A stretch of DNA of 64,000 bases from Planctomycetota bacterium. Lineage in GTDB: Bacteria; Planctomycetota; JAJSAM01; JAJVHW01. The notes beneath the pieces are model-generated. The model was not told where the DNA came from. It did no database searches and saw nothing but the letters and a program-made list of their open reading frames with translations. Positions within the stretch are counted from its first letter, which is position 1, and each line of letters starts with the position of its first letter. Below are positions 1-10,704 of the stretch, piece after piece. The translations under genes and the position numbers were made by a program. Location of the stretch: positions 1,472,001 to 1,536,000 of the forward strand of contig CBDFJG010000004.1 of assembly GCA_965248445.1 (NCBI GenBank), given 5' to 3'.

Positions 1-879
1 CTCGGCCGGTCTCTCGCGGAGACGCGCTACGACCTGGCCGTGTGCTGTCCGAACTCGTTCCGTTCGGCGTTGCTCCTCCGCTTCTCGGGGGCGCGGAGAC
101 GGATCGGATGGTCGTACGGCGGGCGCGGGTTCCTTCTGACGGACCGGCTGGTACCCGAGATGCGTGGTCACCGTCGCGTGCCGCGCCCGATGCCGCAGTA
201 CTACCTGGATCTCGCCCGCCGGCTGGGTGTCGAGATCCTCTCCGATCACTCGGAGCTCGCCGTCACGCCGACGGGGGAGGCGGAGGCGGACGCGTTCATC
301 GAGCGCCACGGGGCTTCCGGCGACGCGCTCCTCGGTCTGAACGTCGGGGCGTCGTTCGGACCGAGCAAGCACTGGCGTGCGGATCGCTTCGCCGAGGTCG
401 CCGCGCAGTTGCGCGACCAGCGCGGGCTGCGGCCCGTCGTGCTCTGCGGCCCGGGCGAGGAGGCGCTCGGCCGCGAGGTGGAAGACGCCGTCCGCGACGC
501 AGGTGTGGCGGACGTGATCCGCACGAGCGACGACATGCTCTCCCTCGCGGCGCTGAAGAGCGTCGTCAAGCGGCTGGCGGTGATGGTCACGACGGACACA
601 GGTCCGCGTCACTTCGCCATCGCGTTCGACGTGCCCGTCATCTGCGTGATGGGCTCGACCGATCCGCAGATGACCGATCAGCCGGACGCGCGGGGCGAAG
701 TCGTGCGGCTCGACCCACTGCTCGAGTGCATGCCCTGCCACGAGAAGGTCTGTCCCCTCACGCATCACCGCTGCCTCGAAGACCTGGCGGCGGTGCCCGT
801 CGTGGCGGCGGCCCTCCGCGCCCTCGACGAACCACCTCGCGCACGCACGGCTCCGGAGCACCGCCGCGCCTCGCAATGA
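1..879 (+). CDS. Glycosyltransferase family 9 (WaaF-like LPS heptosyltransferase), 5' end outside the window
   Basis: Frame is open from base 1. Motifs PNSFRSA, GASFGPSKHW and TTDTGPRHFA, plus the C-terminal CMPC..CPLTHHRC typical of GT9. Confidence 0.85.
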   Translation, partial: LGRSLAETRYDLAVCCPNSFRSALLLRFSGARRRIGWSYGGRGFLLTDRLVPEMRGHRRVPRPMPQYYLDLARRLGVEILSDHSELAVTPTGEAEADAFIERHGASGDALLGLNVGASFGPSKHWRADRFAEVAAQLRDQRGLRPVVLCGPGEEALGREVEDAVRDAGVADVIRTSDDMLSLAALKSVVKRLAVMVTTDTGPRHFAIAFDVPVICVMGSTDPQMTDQPDARGEVVRLDPLLECMPCHEKVCPLTHHRCLEDLAAVPVVAAALRALDEPPRARTAPEHRRASQ

Positions 880-2174
880 CGCGCTCTGCCACCTATCTCC
901 TGATGTTCCTGCACGTGGCGCTCGCGGCGGGGAATTACGTTCTGGCGAAACCAGCGACAGAGGAGTTCGCGGACCCCGAGGCGCTGGCCCTCCTGCGGGC
1001 TCTGGGGGCCGGGGCGCTCGCGGTCTTGCTCTCCGATTGGTTGATTCCGCGACCGCGGTTCACTCCTGTCGAGTGGCTGCAGATCGGAGCACTCGGCGGG
1101 CTGCTGGTCGTGTTCCTCCGCGGGTTGGAGGACACGGAGCCTGCGCACGCGGCTCTGCTGTACGCGACCACGCCGGCCGCCGTGCTGGTGCTCTCGTCAC
1201 TGCTCGCCCGACGCCTGCCGACGCTGCTCCGCGCGGCCGGTGTGGGCGTCGCCCTCGTGGGCGTACTGCTGCTGCTTCGGCCGTGGGAGACGAGCGCGGA
1301 CGCCGGCATCCGCCGAAGCGGCAACCTGTGGATCGCGCTCGGAGTGTGCATGTGGGCGGTCTACACCGTTGCGGCCGGCCGATTGACGCGGCGTCACGAT
1401 GCGCGCACAGTCACGGCTTGGTCGCTGGCGCTCGGTGCACTGTGTCTCGTGCCGATCGGAATGCCGTCACTCCTCGCACTTGATGTGTCGAACGTGACGG
1501 TGCGCGGGTACGTCGGACTCGCGTACCTGATCGTCTTCACGAGCATCGCCATGATGCTGCTGTGGAACACGTTGCTGCGCTACCTCGAGCCCGTGCAGGT
1601 GGCGATCTGCGCGAACGCGCAGCCGGTCGCGACCGGACTGCTGGCGGGGGCGCTTGCGGCGGCCGGCTATCTGGCGACGGACCAAGACCTCGGATGGCTG
1701 TTCTGGTCGGGAACCGCCCTGGTGATGGCGGGGGTCACGCTCGTGCAGCGTTCGGAGAGGCCTAGCCGCATCTGTTCACGAGACGTCGCGATGACGGTGC
1801 TTTCGGAGTCCACAGGGTCAGATCTTGGCCAGGCGAGGGCGGATGCTGTCGTCGTTGCCACAAGGGCAACGCGAGTGAGCGGCCGAAACGGCGCGGATTC
1901 TGCGGTGTGGGCAGACCGTAGGCCGGGCGGTGGTGTGGCGGACGGCGCGGCGGGACGTCAGGTCGGCTTCGGGGATGCCAGCAGTCGTTGCGCGCAGCGC
2001 TCGAAGACGTGCTGCCAGGGCCACGACGAGGACATCGAGACCCAGATCCGGCGCGTCGTGATCCGCACGAGCGCGCCGATCTTGAGCAGCCGCAGGCGGA
2101 TCGTGCCGGCTTGCGCACGCGCCATCTCGGTGCCGGCGAGACCGATGCGTCGCAGCGCACAGGTCAGGACGTAG
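876..2174 (+). CDS. DMT/EamA family transporter; native C-terminus replaced by read-through into IS1380
   Basis: ATG 876 overlaps the GT9 TGA. About 10 hydrophobic segments with EamA-like repeats up to ~1750, then 135 IS-derived codons. The empty site would end ...ERPSATPA*. Confidence 0.8.
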   Translation: MTRSATYLLMFLHVALAAGNYVLAKPATEEFADPEALALLRALGAGALAVLLSDWLIPRPRFTPVEWLQIGALGGLLVVFLRGLEDTEPAHAALLYATTPAAVLVLSSLLARRLPTLLRAAGVGVALVGVLLLLRPWETSADAGIRRSGNLWIALGVCMWAVYTVAAGRLTRRHDARTVTAWSLALGALCLVPIGMPSLLALDVSNVTVRGYVGLAYLIVFTSIAMMLLWNTLLRYLEPVQVAICANAQPVATGLLAGALAAAGYLATDQDLGWLFWSGTALVMAGVTLVQRSERPSRICSRDVAMTVLSESTGSDLGQARADAVVVATRATRVSGRNGADSAVWADRRPGGGVADGAAGRQVGFGDASSRCAQRSKTCCQGHDEDIETQIRRVVIRTSAPILSSRRRIVPACARAISVPARPMRRSAQVRT

Positions 2175-3434
2175 GCCATGGCCGACATGGCCATCCGCAC
2201 GGCGTTGCCCTGCATCGTGTGCACCGACAGACGGGTGCCGAAGAGCTCGAGCTGCTGCTCCTTGATGCGATTCTCCGCCTCGCCCCGGGCGCAGTAGAGC
2301 TGCTCGTAGAGACGCTTGCTGCTCCAGCTACGAGGCGGCAGATTGGTCACCACGAAGCGGGGATTGCGCTTGCCGCCCGGCAGGTGCTCGGCCTTGGCGA
2401 CCACGCGACGCCTCTGGCTCCAGCTCCCCAGCGTGGTCCAGGCAAAGTCGCGAAAGACCCGGGCTGCTCGGCCGGTCTGCACGGCACGGGCTGCGGCCTC
2501 ATCGAGCGCGTCTTCGACGTGTCGCTCAAGGCGCTCATTGCGCGCCATGCCCAGCAGGTAGAAGTGGCCGGCGGCCTCGCACCAGGCCATCAGCTCCTCG
2601 CGGCAAAAGCCCGAGTCTGCGCGCACGAGCACCTTGGCCCGGGGCCAGCGGCGCCGCAGACGTAAGACCAGCGCACGGAGCTCGTCCACGACTCCGCGCG
2701 CGGGATCTCTGTCAGCGGTCTGGAGCCGAGCGAGCAAGAGGTGCTCGCCGCAGAAGACGTACAGCGGCAGGTAGCAGTAGTGCCCGTAGTAGCCGTGGAA
2801 GAAGCGGCCCTCCTGCCGGCCGTGCAGCCGCACGTCGGAGTGGTCCAGGTCCAGCACGAGCAGGCCCGGATCCTCCGGCCCCATGGCCTCGCAGAAGACG
2901 TCGCTGAGCACGCTGTCCACGCGCTCCTGGTCCATCTCGATCTTGGCGTAGCGCGTCTGTGCCGTGGCGCCGAGCTGCGTGGTCTCGAGCCGCGAGAGCG
3001 TCGGGTGCGTGGCCAGAGCACCCTCGCGCTTGCCGCACGCCGCGGCAAACAGCGGGTCCTTGCCGACATGGTCGTGGTCCACCAGATCCTCGTAGCCCGC
3101 GCACAGCCCGAAGACCCGCTGACGCAGCATCTGGCCGACCGTGTGCTCGACCCGACGCGGGTCCCGGTGGTCCCCGAAGCAGCGCGCAAACCGCGAGAGC
3201 AGATCGATGCGACGATCGGTCCGCTCGAGCAGCAGCACGCCCCCGTCGCTCGTCACGGTACCGGCGTCGAAGCGCGTCACCGCGGTGCGTCCACAGATGC
3301 CCGCGAAGAGGGTCCCCTGCGGGCTACAGTCTGTCGTCATCGGGCCGGCGCTCCTGTCGGTGCAAGTACTAGCGAGTACGAGCACTTAGACAGACGACGG
3401 CCCGCTCAGATTCCCGGCTGGTGAACGATTCGGG
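1766..3434 (-). mobile_element. IS1380-family insertion sequence, copy 1 (1669 bp)
   Basis: Imperfect terminal IRs CCGCATCTGTTCAC / CCCGAATCGTTCAC. CTAG duplicated at 1762-1765 and 3435-3438. Near-identical to 32991-34659. Confidence 0.93.
1958..3340 (-). CDS. IS1380-family DDE transposase
   Basis: Motifs TSDGGVLLL, GYEDLVDH, LDLD, FFHGYYGHYCYLPL, RADSGF, YCARGEAENRIKEQQ. ATG 3340 has an upstream AGGAG. Confidence 0.93.
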   Translation of the reverse strand: MTTDCSPQGTLFAGICGRTAVTRFDAGTVTSDGGVLLLERTDRRIDLLSRFARCFGDHRDPRRVEHTVGQMLRQRVFGLCAGYEDLVDHDHVGKDPLFAAACGKREGALATHPTLSRLETTQLGATAQTRYAKIEMDQERVDSVLSDVFCEAMGPEDPGLLVLDLDHSDVRLHGRQEGRFFHGYYGHYCYLPLYVFCGEHLLLARLQTADRDPARGVVDELRALVLRLRRRWPRAKVLVRADSGFCREELMAWCEAAGHFYLLGMARNERLERHVEDALDEAAARAVQTGRAARVFRDFAWTTLGSWSQRRRVVAKAEHLPGGKRNPRFVVTNLPPRSWSSKRLYEQLYCARGEAENRIKEQQLELFGTRLSVHTMQGNAVRMAMSAMAYVLTCALRRIGLAGTEMARAQAGTIRLRLLKIGALVRITTRRIWVSMSSSWPWQHVFERCAQRLLASPKPT

Positions 3435-4541
3435 CTAGCGCGACGCCGGCCTGACGACGCGCGCGTACATTTCGACCAGGCCGTCCGCCCAGACGTCCTC
3501 GGCGAACAGGGCTGCTCGCGAGCTCCCTGCGGCGGACAGACGCGTGTGCAGTGCGTCGTCGGCCAAGAGCCGGACCACGGCTGTTCCGAGGGCGGCCGGG
3601 TCGCGCGCTGGGACGTACAGCGCGGCGTCCCCGGCGGCGTCGCGGCAGCCCGCGAGATCTGTCGCCACGACCGGAACGCCCTCCGCGAGCGCCTCGAGCA
3701 CGAAGATCGGGAGCGCTTCGCTATCGGTTGCTAGGACGGCGACGCGCGCTCGACGCAGGAGGCCGCGCACGTCGGTCTCCGGCGGGAGGAAGTGGACGTC
3801 GTGGTCCCCGGCCGCCGCGCGCGCGTCCTCCGCAAGCGCGCCGTCGCCGACGAGCACGAATCGTGCGGAGTGCTCCGGGTCGAGCGCGGCAGCGGCGCGT
3901 ACGAACGTCACGGGGTCCTTCGGAGCGGCCAGCCGTGCGGCCATCACAACCAAGGGCTTGCCATCGTCCGGCAGCGCCGCCTCGTTACGATCAACGGCGC
4001 GCGGGACCGGATTGCGAAGGACGTGTGCGTTCTCGTCCGTCGCCAGGCGGTGCTCCAGCGCGACCGCGCGCTCGGCATCACCGACGCAGTGCAGCAGCGT
4101 GGTGCGTGGCGCGAGTCGCTGCTCGAGACCGAGATACCGCTTCCATTGCGGCGAGTCCTCTTCGTGATACGTGAAGTAGAAGCCGTGGGGGCTGTAGACG
4201 ACCGGCACTCCGCGCTTCATCGGCAGCGCGAGGCGGGCCAGCGCTCCGGCCTTCGCAGCGTGCGCGTGTACCACGTCGTGACCCGGCGCGAGCTTGCGCA
4301 GCCTGTACCCGGCGCCGGTGTCACTCATCGGGCTGATCGAGCGATGTAGGTCCAGGCGCACGACGTCCCAGCCGTGGTCGCTCGCCGCGTCCAAGAGGTC
4401 CTCGCCCTCGAGTGACGACAGCGCCGCCGTGCCGGTCACGCCCCGTTCGGGGAGACGGCGCAGCAGGGCCTCGATCACACGCGCGGCACCGCCGATCCCG
4501 GGACGGGCGCAGACGAGCACGCGCGGCGGGCGAACGCTCAT
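3435..4541 (-). CDS. Glycosyltransferase family 4
   Basis: DVVHAHAAKAG, KDP and EALPIFVLEALAEGVPVVATD motifs. ATG overlaps the upstream TGA. Its stop TAG lies inside the IS target site. Confidence 0.88.
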   Translation of the reverse strand: MSVRPPRVLVCARPGIGGAARVIEALLRRLPERGVTGTAALSSLEGEDLLDAASDHGWDVVRLDLHRSISPMSDTGAGYRLRKLAPGHDVVHAHAAKAGALARLALPMKRGVPVVYSPHGFYFTYHEEDSPQWKRYLGLEQRLAPRTTLLHCVGDAERAVALEHRLATDENAHVLRNPVPRAVDRNEAALPDDGKPLVVMAARLAAPKDPVTFVRAAAALDPEHSARFVLVGDGALAEDARAAAGDHDVHFLPPETDVRGLLRRARVAVLATDSEALPIFVLEALAEGVPVVATDLAGCRDAAGDAALYVPARDPAALGTAVVRLLADDALHTRLSAAGSSRAALFAEDVWADGLVEMYARVVRPASR

Positions 4542-5680
4542 GGGCCCTGACTCCCGGACCATACGTAGTGCAATGAGTAGTCCCCGGCCGCGTGTGTTGC
4601 CCTCGCCTGCGCGGCGCCACGTGCGCCCAGGGAGAGCCGCTGACGGAGGTCCGGGTCGAACAGCACCCGCTCCAGCGCGGACGCCAGCGCAGCCGGATCC
4701 CCGGGTGGCACCAGGAGCCCGGCGGTGCCGTCGAAGACCGCCTCGGGGATGCCGCCGACCCGCGTCGCCACGGTGGGTACGCCGAGTTGCGCGGCCTCGA
4801 GGAGCACCAGTCCGAGGCCCTCGTGTCGAGATGAGAGCACCACGACGTCGGCGGCTGTGAGCGCGTGCCGCGGGTCGTCGACGAACCCGTGCACGATCAC
4901 GCGCGGATCACCGGCCGCCTGCTCACGGATCTCGGATTCGAGCGGCCCGCGCCCGAGCAGGACGAGACGCGCGTCGCCCGGCACGCGCGCGAACGCTTCG
5001 AGGAGCGTGCGGTGGTCCTTCTGCGGCACGAAGCGCGCGAGGCACACGGCCAGCGGGGTACCGGGCAGAACGCCCGCGTCACTCCGGAACGTCGCCCCGT
5101 CACCGGGCGCCATCGCCGGAGGGTCGTACGGGATCACCTGCATGCGCTCCCACTCCTCGCCGAGTGTGTCGACGAAGAAGGTCTGCACCCCCTCGGAGAT
5201 CGCGACCACCGCGTTCGCCCGTCCGGCGACGCGACGCGCCACCGCCCGCAGCGCGCGCGGTTTCGGTCCGTCGCCTGCGAGGTGCGCATCCTCGTTGTGC
5301 TTCGTCGAGACGAGTCGCGGACGCGTGCGGCCCTCGCGGGGTCCGCACAGCGCGGCGCCGAGGCAGTCGGCCTTGAACAGATGGGTGTGCACGACTTCCG
5401 GGTCCAGGTATCGGACCAGGCGCCGCGCCCGCCCGTAGGAACCGGCCTGTCCGAGGAGAGTCCGGCCCAGGTCGTGGACGGTCGCGCCTGCCGCCTCGAA
5501 CTCGGGGGTCAGCTCGCCCGGCCCCTTGAGGTACGCCACCGAGCTCGCCACCTTGGCGCCGTTCACCCTCTTCCGGCGGAAGCTGCGCACCAGGCCCAGC
5601 AGGGCGTTCTCCGCCCCCCCGCGGTCGAGCGTGGTGATCAGGTGCAGCACCCGCAGGCTGCGGTCTCCGGGCGTGCTCAC
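4538..5680 (-). CDS. Glycosyltransferase family 4
   Basis: LHLITTLDRGGAE, VVHTHL, PQKDH, HEGLGLVLLEAA, VGGIPE. GTG start with GGAGG upstream. Confidence 0.88.
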   Translation of the reverse strand: MSTPGDRSLRVLHLITTLDRGGAENALLGLVRSFRRKRVNGAKVASSVAYLKGPGELTPEFEAAGATVHDLGRTLLGQAGSYGRARRLVRYLDPEVVHTHLFKADCLGAALCGPREGRTRPRLVSTKHNEDAHLAGDGPKPRALRAVARRVAGRANAVVAISEGVQTFFVDTLGEEWERMQVIPYDPPAMAPGDGATFRSDAGVLPGTPLAVCLARFVPQKDHRTLLEAFARVPGDARLVLLGRGPLESEIREQAAGDPRVIVHGFVDDPRHALTAADVVVLSSRHEGLGLVLLEAAQLGVPTVATRVGGIPEAVFDGTAGLLVPPGDPAALASALERVLFDPDLRQRLSLGARGAAQARATHAAGDYSLHYVWSGSQGP

Positions 5681-5712
5681 AGGTGGGCGCCTCCGGACTG
5701 TATCCTGCCCGC

Positions 5713-6783
<1,071 letters not shown>

Positions 6784-6812
6784 TTGCTGCCGCGCGTGAC
6801 GGAGGAGGAAAG

Positions 6813-7869
6813 ATGAGACGCATCCTGATCGGACTCGCCCTCGCGGCGGCCATCGTGACCTCCGCTCCCGTGGTGCACGCCGCGGACAAGAGGGAGATCC
6901 CGGCCGACGTCGATTCGAAGGCTCTCAAGAGCGCCCAGGAGAGCTTCAAGCGCGGATTCGACACCGCCGACATCGAGTTCAAGCTGCGCGCGCTCACGAA
7001 GTACTCCAAGGTCCAGCACAAGACCATCGGCAAGGCGCTGATCAAGATGCTGAAGAGCAAGGACCAGTACGTTCGCGCCGGCGCCGCGAAGGGGCTCTCC
7101 TACCAGCTCTCGTCGGTGAAGTCCGCGGGCCCTAAGCTGAAGAAGCTCGCCGAGACGCAACGACGAGGAGCCGCGGGTCTTGAAGGCGGCCGTGCAGTCC
7201 ATCGGTGTGCTGGACTACCGCAGGGGCACCGAGGCGCCCGAGAAGCTCAGCTTTCACGATGACGACGGAGTCGTGATCGAGGTGATGAAGGTGTTCGGCG
7301 CATGGAAGGACCCCGAGTCCCTCGGCACCATGCGGAAGTTCTTCGATAAGTGGCCCGACGAGAAGGGCTTCATCACCGTCTCGGTGACCGTGGACACCGG
7401 GACAGCCGGTAGCGGCGACCAGACGGCGGCCACGGCGCAGGGCACGGGCATGCTCGCCGCGCACAAGGGCTGGCGCCCGCGTCCGAAGTGCACCGAGGCG
7501 TTGCGCAATGCGGCCAAGGAGATCACCGGCTTCGGATTCCGCCGTCCGAAGGACCTGGTCGACTACCTGAACGACCCGAAGAAGTACGTGGATCCCGAGA
7601 CGGTTGCGGAGCGCGTGGACGAGGACAAGCGCAAGGCGATCTTCGTCGAGTGGGCCGCGGCGAAGAAGACTGCGACGGACCACGCGTCAGAAGAGGTCAC
7701 CGGTGACGATCCTGCAGATGGTGAGCGCCGAGCGAAGGCCTACGGGCGGCGTCTCTACGACATGCGCGACGACATGCTCGAGGCACACACGCTGAAGCTG
7801 TCGGAACTCGACGTGATCATCGAGGAAGGCGAAGAGAAGAAGTGGCCCACGGGGCAGCCCGACGAGTAG
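6813..7869 (+). pseudogene. Secreted HEAT-repeat-like protein with a frameshift near 7155 (pseudogene or sequence error)
   Basis: Strong SD (GGAGGAGG) and a signal peptide. ORFs 6813-7262 and 7180-7869 join as ...KKLAE/RNDEEPRVLKAAVQSIG with the same Lys-rich composition and codon style. Confidence 0.65.
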
Positions 7870-7875
7870 TCGGCC

Positions 7876-8506
7876 GTGAGCGCCGTTTCGAGACGCGTAC
7901 TCGGCGTCGCCGGTGGATCGGCATCCGGTAAGGGCACCCTGATCGCAGCCCTCGTCGACTCCGATCTCGGATCACGCGTGACGGTTGTCGAATGCGATCG
8001 GTACTACCTCGGCATGCCGGGCGTCCCGCTCGACACGAGCGGTGACGGCAACTTCGACCACCCGGATTCGCTCGACGTCGCACTGATGGTCGAGCACGTC
8101 AGCGCGTTTGCGCGGCGGATCGGCGGTGGACCTCCCGAAGTACAGCTTCGCCGCGCAGTCGAGGCTGCCCGAGGTGCAGCGCACGTCGTCGCGCGATCTC
8201 ATCGTCGTGGACGGGATCCTCTCTCTTCGGCTCGCGCCGCTGCGCCCGGTGTACGACGGCTCGGTCCATGTGGATGCGCCCGCGGACCAGCGATACCGCC
8301 GCCGCATCGCCCGCGACGTCCGCGAGCGCGGCCGGCCGCAGGCGGATGTCGAGCGCCAGTGGACGGCGACCGTGGTGCCGATGCACGAGAAGCACGTAGC
8401 ACCGAGCCGGGAGCACGCCGCGCACGTCATCGACTGCCGCGACGGCCGCCGGGACGAAGCCGTCCACGAGTTCCTCGCGATCGCGCGTGCGTTGCTTCCG
8501 CGCTGA
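7876..8506 (+). pseudogene. udk: Uridine kinase with a +1 frameshift at TTT 8107-8109
   Basis: GVAGGSASGK, DRYY and NFDHPDSLD in one frame; VDLPKYSF, VDGIL, RRIARDVRERGR and PMHEKHVAPS in the next. Deleting one T joins them. Confidence 0.85.
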
Positions 8507-10150
8507 CTAGGACGCTGCGACGTCGGTCAGGGTCGCGTCGAGCAGATCGATTGCCTCGAGGACCTCGCGCGCCAGGACGTCGGTCAGGAACAGCAGCCGG
8601 ATGGCGGCGACGTCGCCCTTGCGCCCGCAGCCGAGGAGCTTCAATCCGTGCCGCCACGCCGACTGTACGACGTCGTGGCGGCGCCTGACCGAGATGCGCG
8701 CCATGCCGCCGCGCACGATGTACGACTCGACGAGTCCCGCGTGCCGCTCGGCCAGGAGCGCTAGGCCCTGCTCGATCAGCTTGCCCTTGAGCATCTGATT
8801 CTCGGGTAGCGAACGTCCGTCGAACAGCGGGTTGTCAGGTCGCGTCAGAACGTGCAGCACGGCGTACGCGACCTGGTTGTCGAGGATGCGGCCACCGCCC
8901 CACGTGTTGGAGTGCCAGCCGCCGTGCAGCAGGTCTCCGAGTTCGCCGCGGGCCACCATCGCGCCGGTGAACAGGCCTTTTGCCAGCGCCATTGCGTCCG
9001 GCGTCACCCCGAGTTGCTCACCGAAGAAGAGTGTCCCGGTGCGCGCGAACGTCTGCACCTCGTCCAGCATGAACAGACCGCCGTGGCGGCGGCAGGTCGC
9101 CTGCATGTCCGCTGCGAACTCCGGGGTCGCCGGCACGTAGCCGCCCTCGCCCTGGAACGGCTCTATGATGAGGCCGGCGAACAGACAGGCCGGTACGCGT
9201 CCCGAATCGATGACGCGCTTCAGTTCGCCGGGCGTGTCGAGGAGTTCGTTCACCGAACGCGCATCGATCAGTTCCTCGAGCGTGCCGGTGGGGGAGTTCA
9301 GCCGGATGTGGCGCACCCAGCGCAGTCGCGGATAGCCGACCTTCTGCGACTTCTTGCTCGCGGTGACCGACAGACTGCCCATCGTGCGGCCGTGGAACGC
9401 GGACTCGAGCCCGATCAGGAAGAACGGGTAGTCCTCGTACACGGTCTCGTCCCGGCTGGGGTCGCCGTCGAGCGGCCGGAAGGGGCGGATGCCGAGTGCG
9501 TCCATCACGCGGGCGAGCGTCTCCTCGCCGTGCGCCGCGAGGAACCGCTTGTAGCGGACCATGCACGCCAGCTTCAGGCACGCCTCGACCGACTCGGTTC
9601 CCGAGTTCGTGAAGAACGACTTCCAGTCACCGCTGTCCGGGTAGCTCCGCCCCACGGTCTCGTTCAGCAGCGCCGCCACGTCCTGCGGCATGTGCAGGCC
9701 CGCCGTGTGCGGTGCCGGGCGCAGGTAGTCGTCGGTGTTGATCTCGCGGTGCACCAGGAGTCCGTACGAGCCGAGCGTCGCGACGGCGGCCTGGATGACC
9801 GGGTTGCGCTCGTCGACGATCCGCTGCGCGACACCCAGCACCAGATCGAGGTGCACGCCGCGCGAGTCGAGCACGTAGTGGCCCGACGTGGGCCAACCGA
9901 GTTCGAGCACCGGCGAGTCCGGATCGAGCGTCGTCGTGAAGACGGCCGCGCGGTGTTCGTCCCGCGTGGACTCGGCATCCGTGGGCTCGTCGCCGGCGGT
10001 GGCGCGCGCCGTCGACCGGTTGAGCGAATGGCCGCCGATCTCGACGTCGGGGATCAGGCGCCTTGCGCGCTCGGTTTCGGCCTCGAAGTCATAACCGTCG
10101 ATCGACGTCGGGAGGGAGGCGGAGAGTGGACGGGTCTGTGTGTCGGACAT
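8507..10150 (-). CDS. Class III PLP-dependent aminotransferase with large insertions
   Basis: FTNSGTESVEA, AFHGRTMGSLS, IIEPFQGEGG, LDEVQT, catalytic Lys in ALAKG, SNTWGGG. Confidence 0.88.
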   Translation of the reverse strand: MSDTQTRPLSASLPTSIDGYDFEAETERARRLIPDVEIGGHSLNRSTARATAGDEPTDAESTRDEHRAAVFTTTLDPDSPVLELGWPTSGHYVLDSRGVHLDLVLGVAQRIVDERNPVIQAAVATLGSYGLLVHREINTDDYLRPAPHTAGLHMPQDVAALLNETVGRSYPDSGDWKSFFTNSGTESVEACLKLACMVRYKRFLAAHGEETLARVMDALGIRPFRPLDGDPSRDETVYEDYPFFLIGLESAFHGRTMGSLSVTASKKSQKVGYPRLRWVRHIRLNSPTGTLEELIDARSVNELLDTPGELKRVIDSGRVPACLFAGLIIEPFQGEGGYVPATPEFAADMQATCRRHGGLFMLDEVQTFARTGTLFFGEQLGVTPDAMALAKGLFTGAMVARGELGDLLHGGWHSNTWGGGRILDNQVAYAVLHVLTRPDNPLFDGRSLPENQMLKGKLIEQGLALLAERHAGLVESYIVRGGMARISVRRRHDVVQSAWRHGLKLLGCGRKGDVAAIRLLFLTDVLAREVLEAIDLLDATLTDVAAS

Positions 10151-10227
10151 CCCCGCAGGCTAGCCGTCGGGAGAGGGGGGCCCGACGAAGGGCGGACGAA
10201 CCTCGGACTTCGCGGGCGGGGCAGCGC

Positions 10228-10704
10228 CTACGCGAAGACGAACTCGTCCTTGGCGATGCGGCGCTCGCAGTAGTGGCAGCGCAGCGTTGTGTCCGGATCG
10301 TGGGCCTCGACGTTGAAGCGCGTCTCCAGGCGATCGTGGTTGCTGATGCAGTTGGGGTTGGGGCAGCGCAGGATGCCGCTGAACTGATCGGGAAGGCCCA
10401 CGCGCACCTTGTCCACGACCTCGAAGTCCTTGATCGTCGCGACCGTGACCTCGGTCCCGAAGATCGCGAGGCTCTGGACCTGCTCCGGGGTCAGCACGAC
10501 CGACTCGAGCTTCAGGATGTCCTTGCGCCCCAGCTTGGTGCTCCGGAGGTTGATCCCCAGCAGCGCCGCGTGGTGCGCCGGGATGCCCAGGAACTCGAGT
10601 GCCTTGAGCGCCATTCCGGGGCTCAGGTGGTCGATCACCGTGCCCTCCCCGAGCGACGAGACCTTCTGCTCTCGGGTCTGCTTCTCGATCTCTGCGTTGC
10701 TCAT
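10228..10704 (-). CDS. pyrI: Aspartate carbamoyltransferase regulatory subunit
   Basis: GTVIDH, KDILKLE, zinc ligands CPNPNC...CHYC. ATGA-coupled to pyrB. Confidence 0.95.
   Translation of the reverse strand: MSNAEIEKQTREQKVSSLGEGTVIDHLSPGMALKALEFLGIPAHHAALLGINLRSTKLGRKDILKLESVVLTPEQVQSLAIFGTEVTVATIKDFEVVDKVRVGLPDQFSGILRCPNPNCISNHDRLETRFNVEAHDPDTTLRCHYCERRIAKDEFVFA

Noticed and set aside
42..875. Long N-terminal part of the 710-aa ORF 42..2174
   Set aside because: It is an out-of-frame shadow of the GT9 gene; the real EamA start is ATG 876.
1090..1125. Possible in-frame deletion in EamA (GGLLVVFLRGL looks short)
   Set aside because: Cannot be supported without an alignment.
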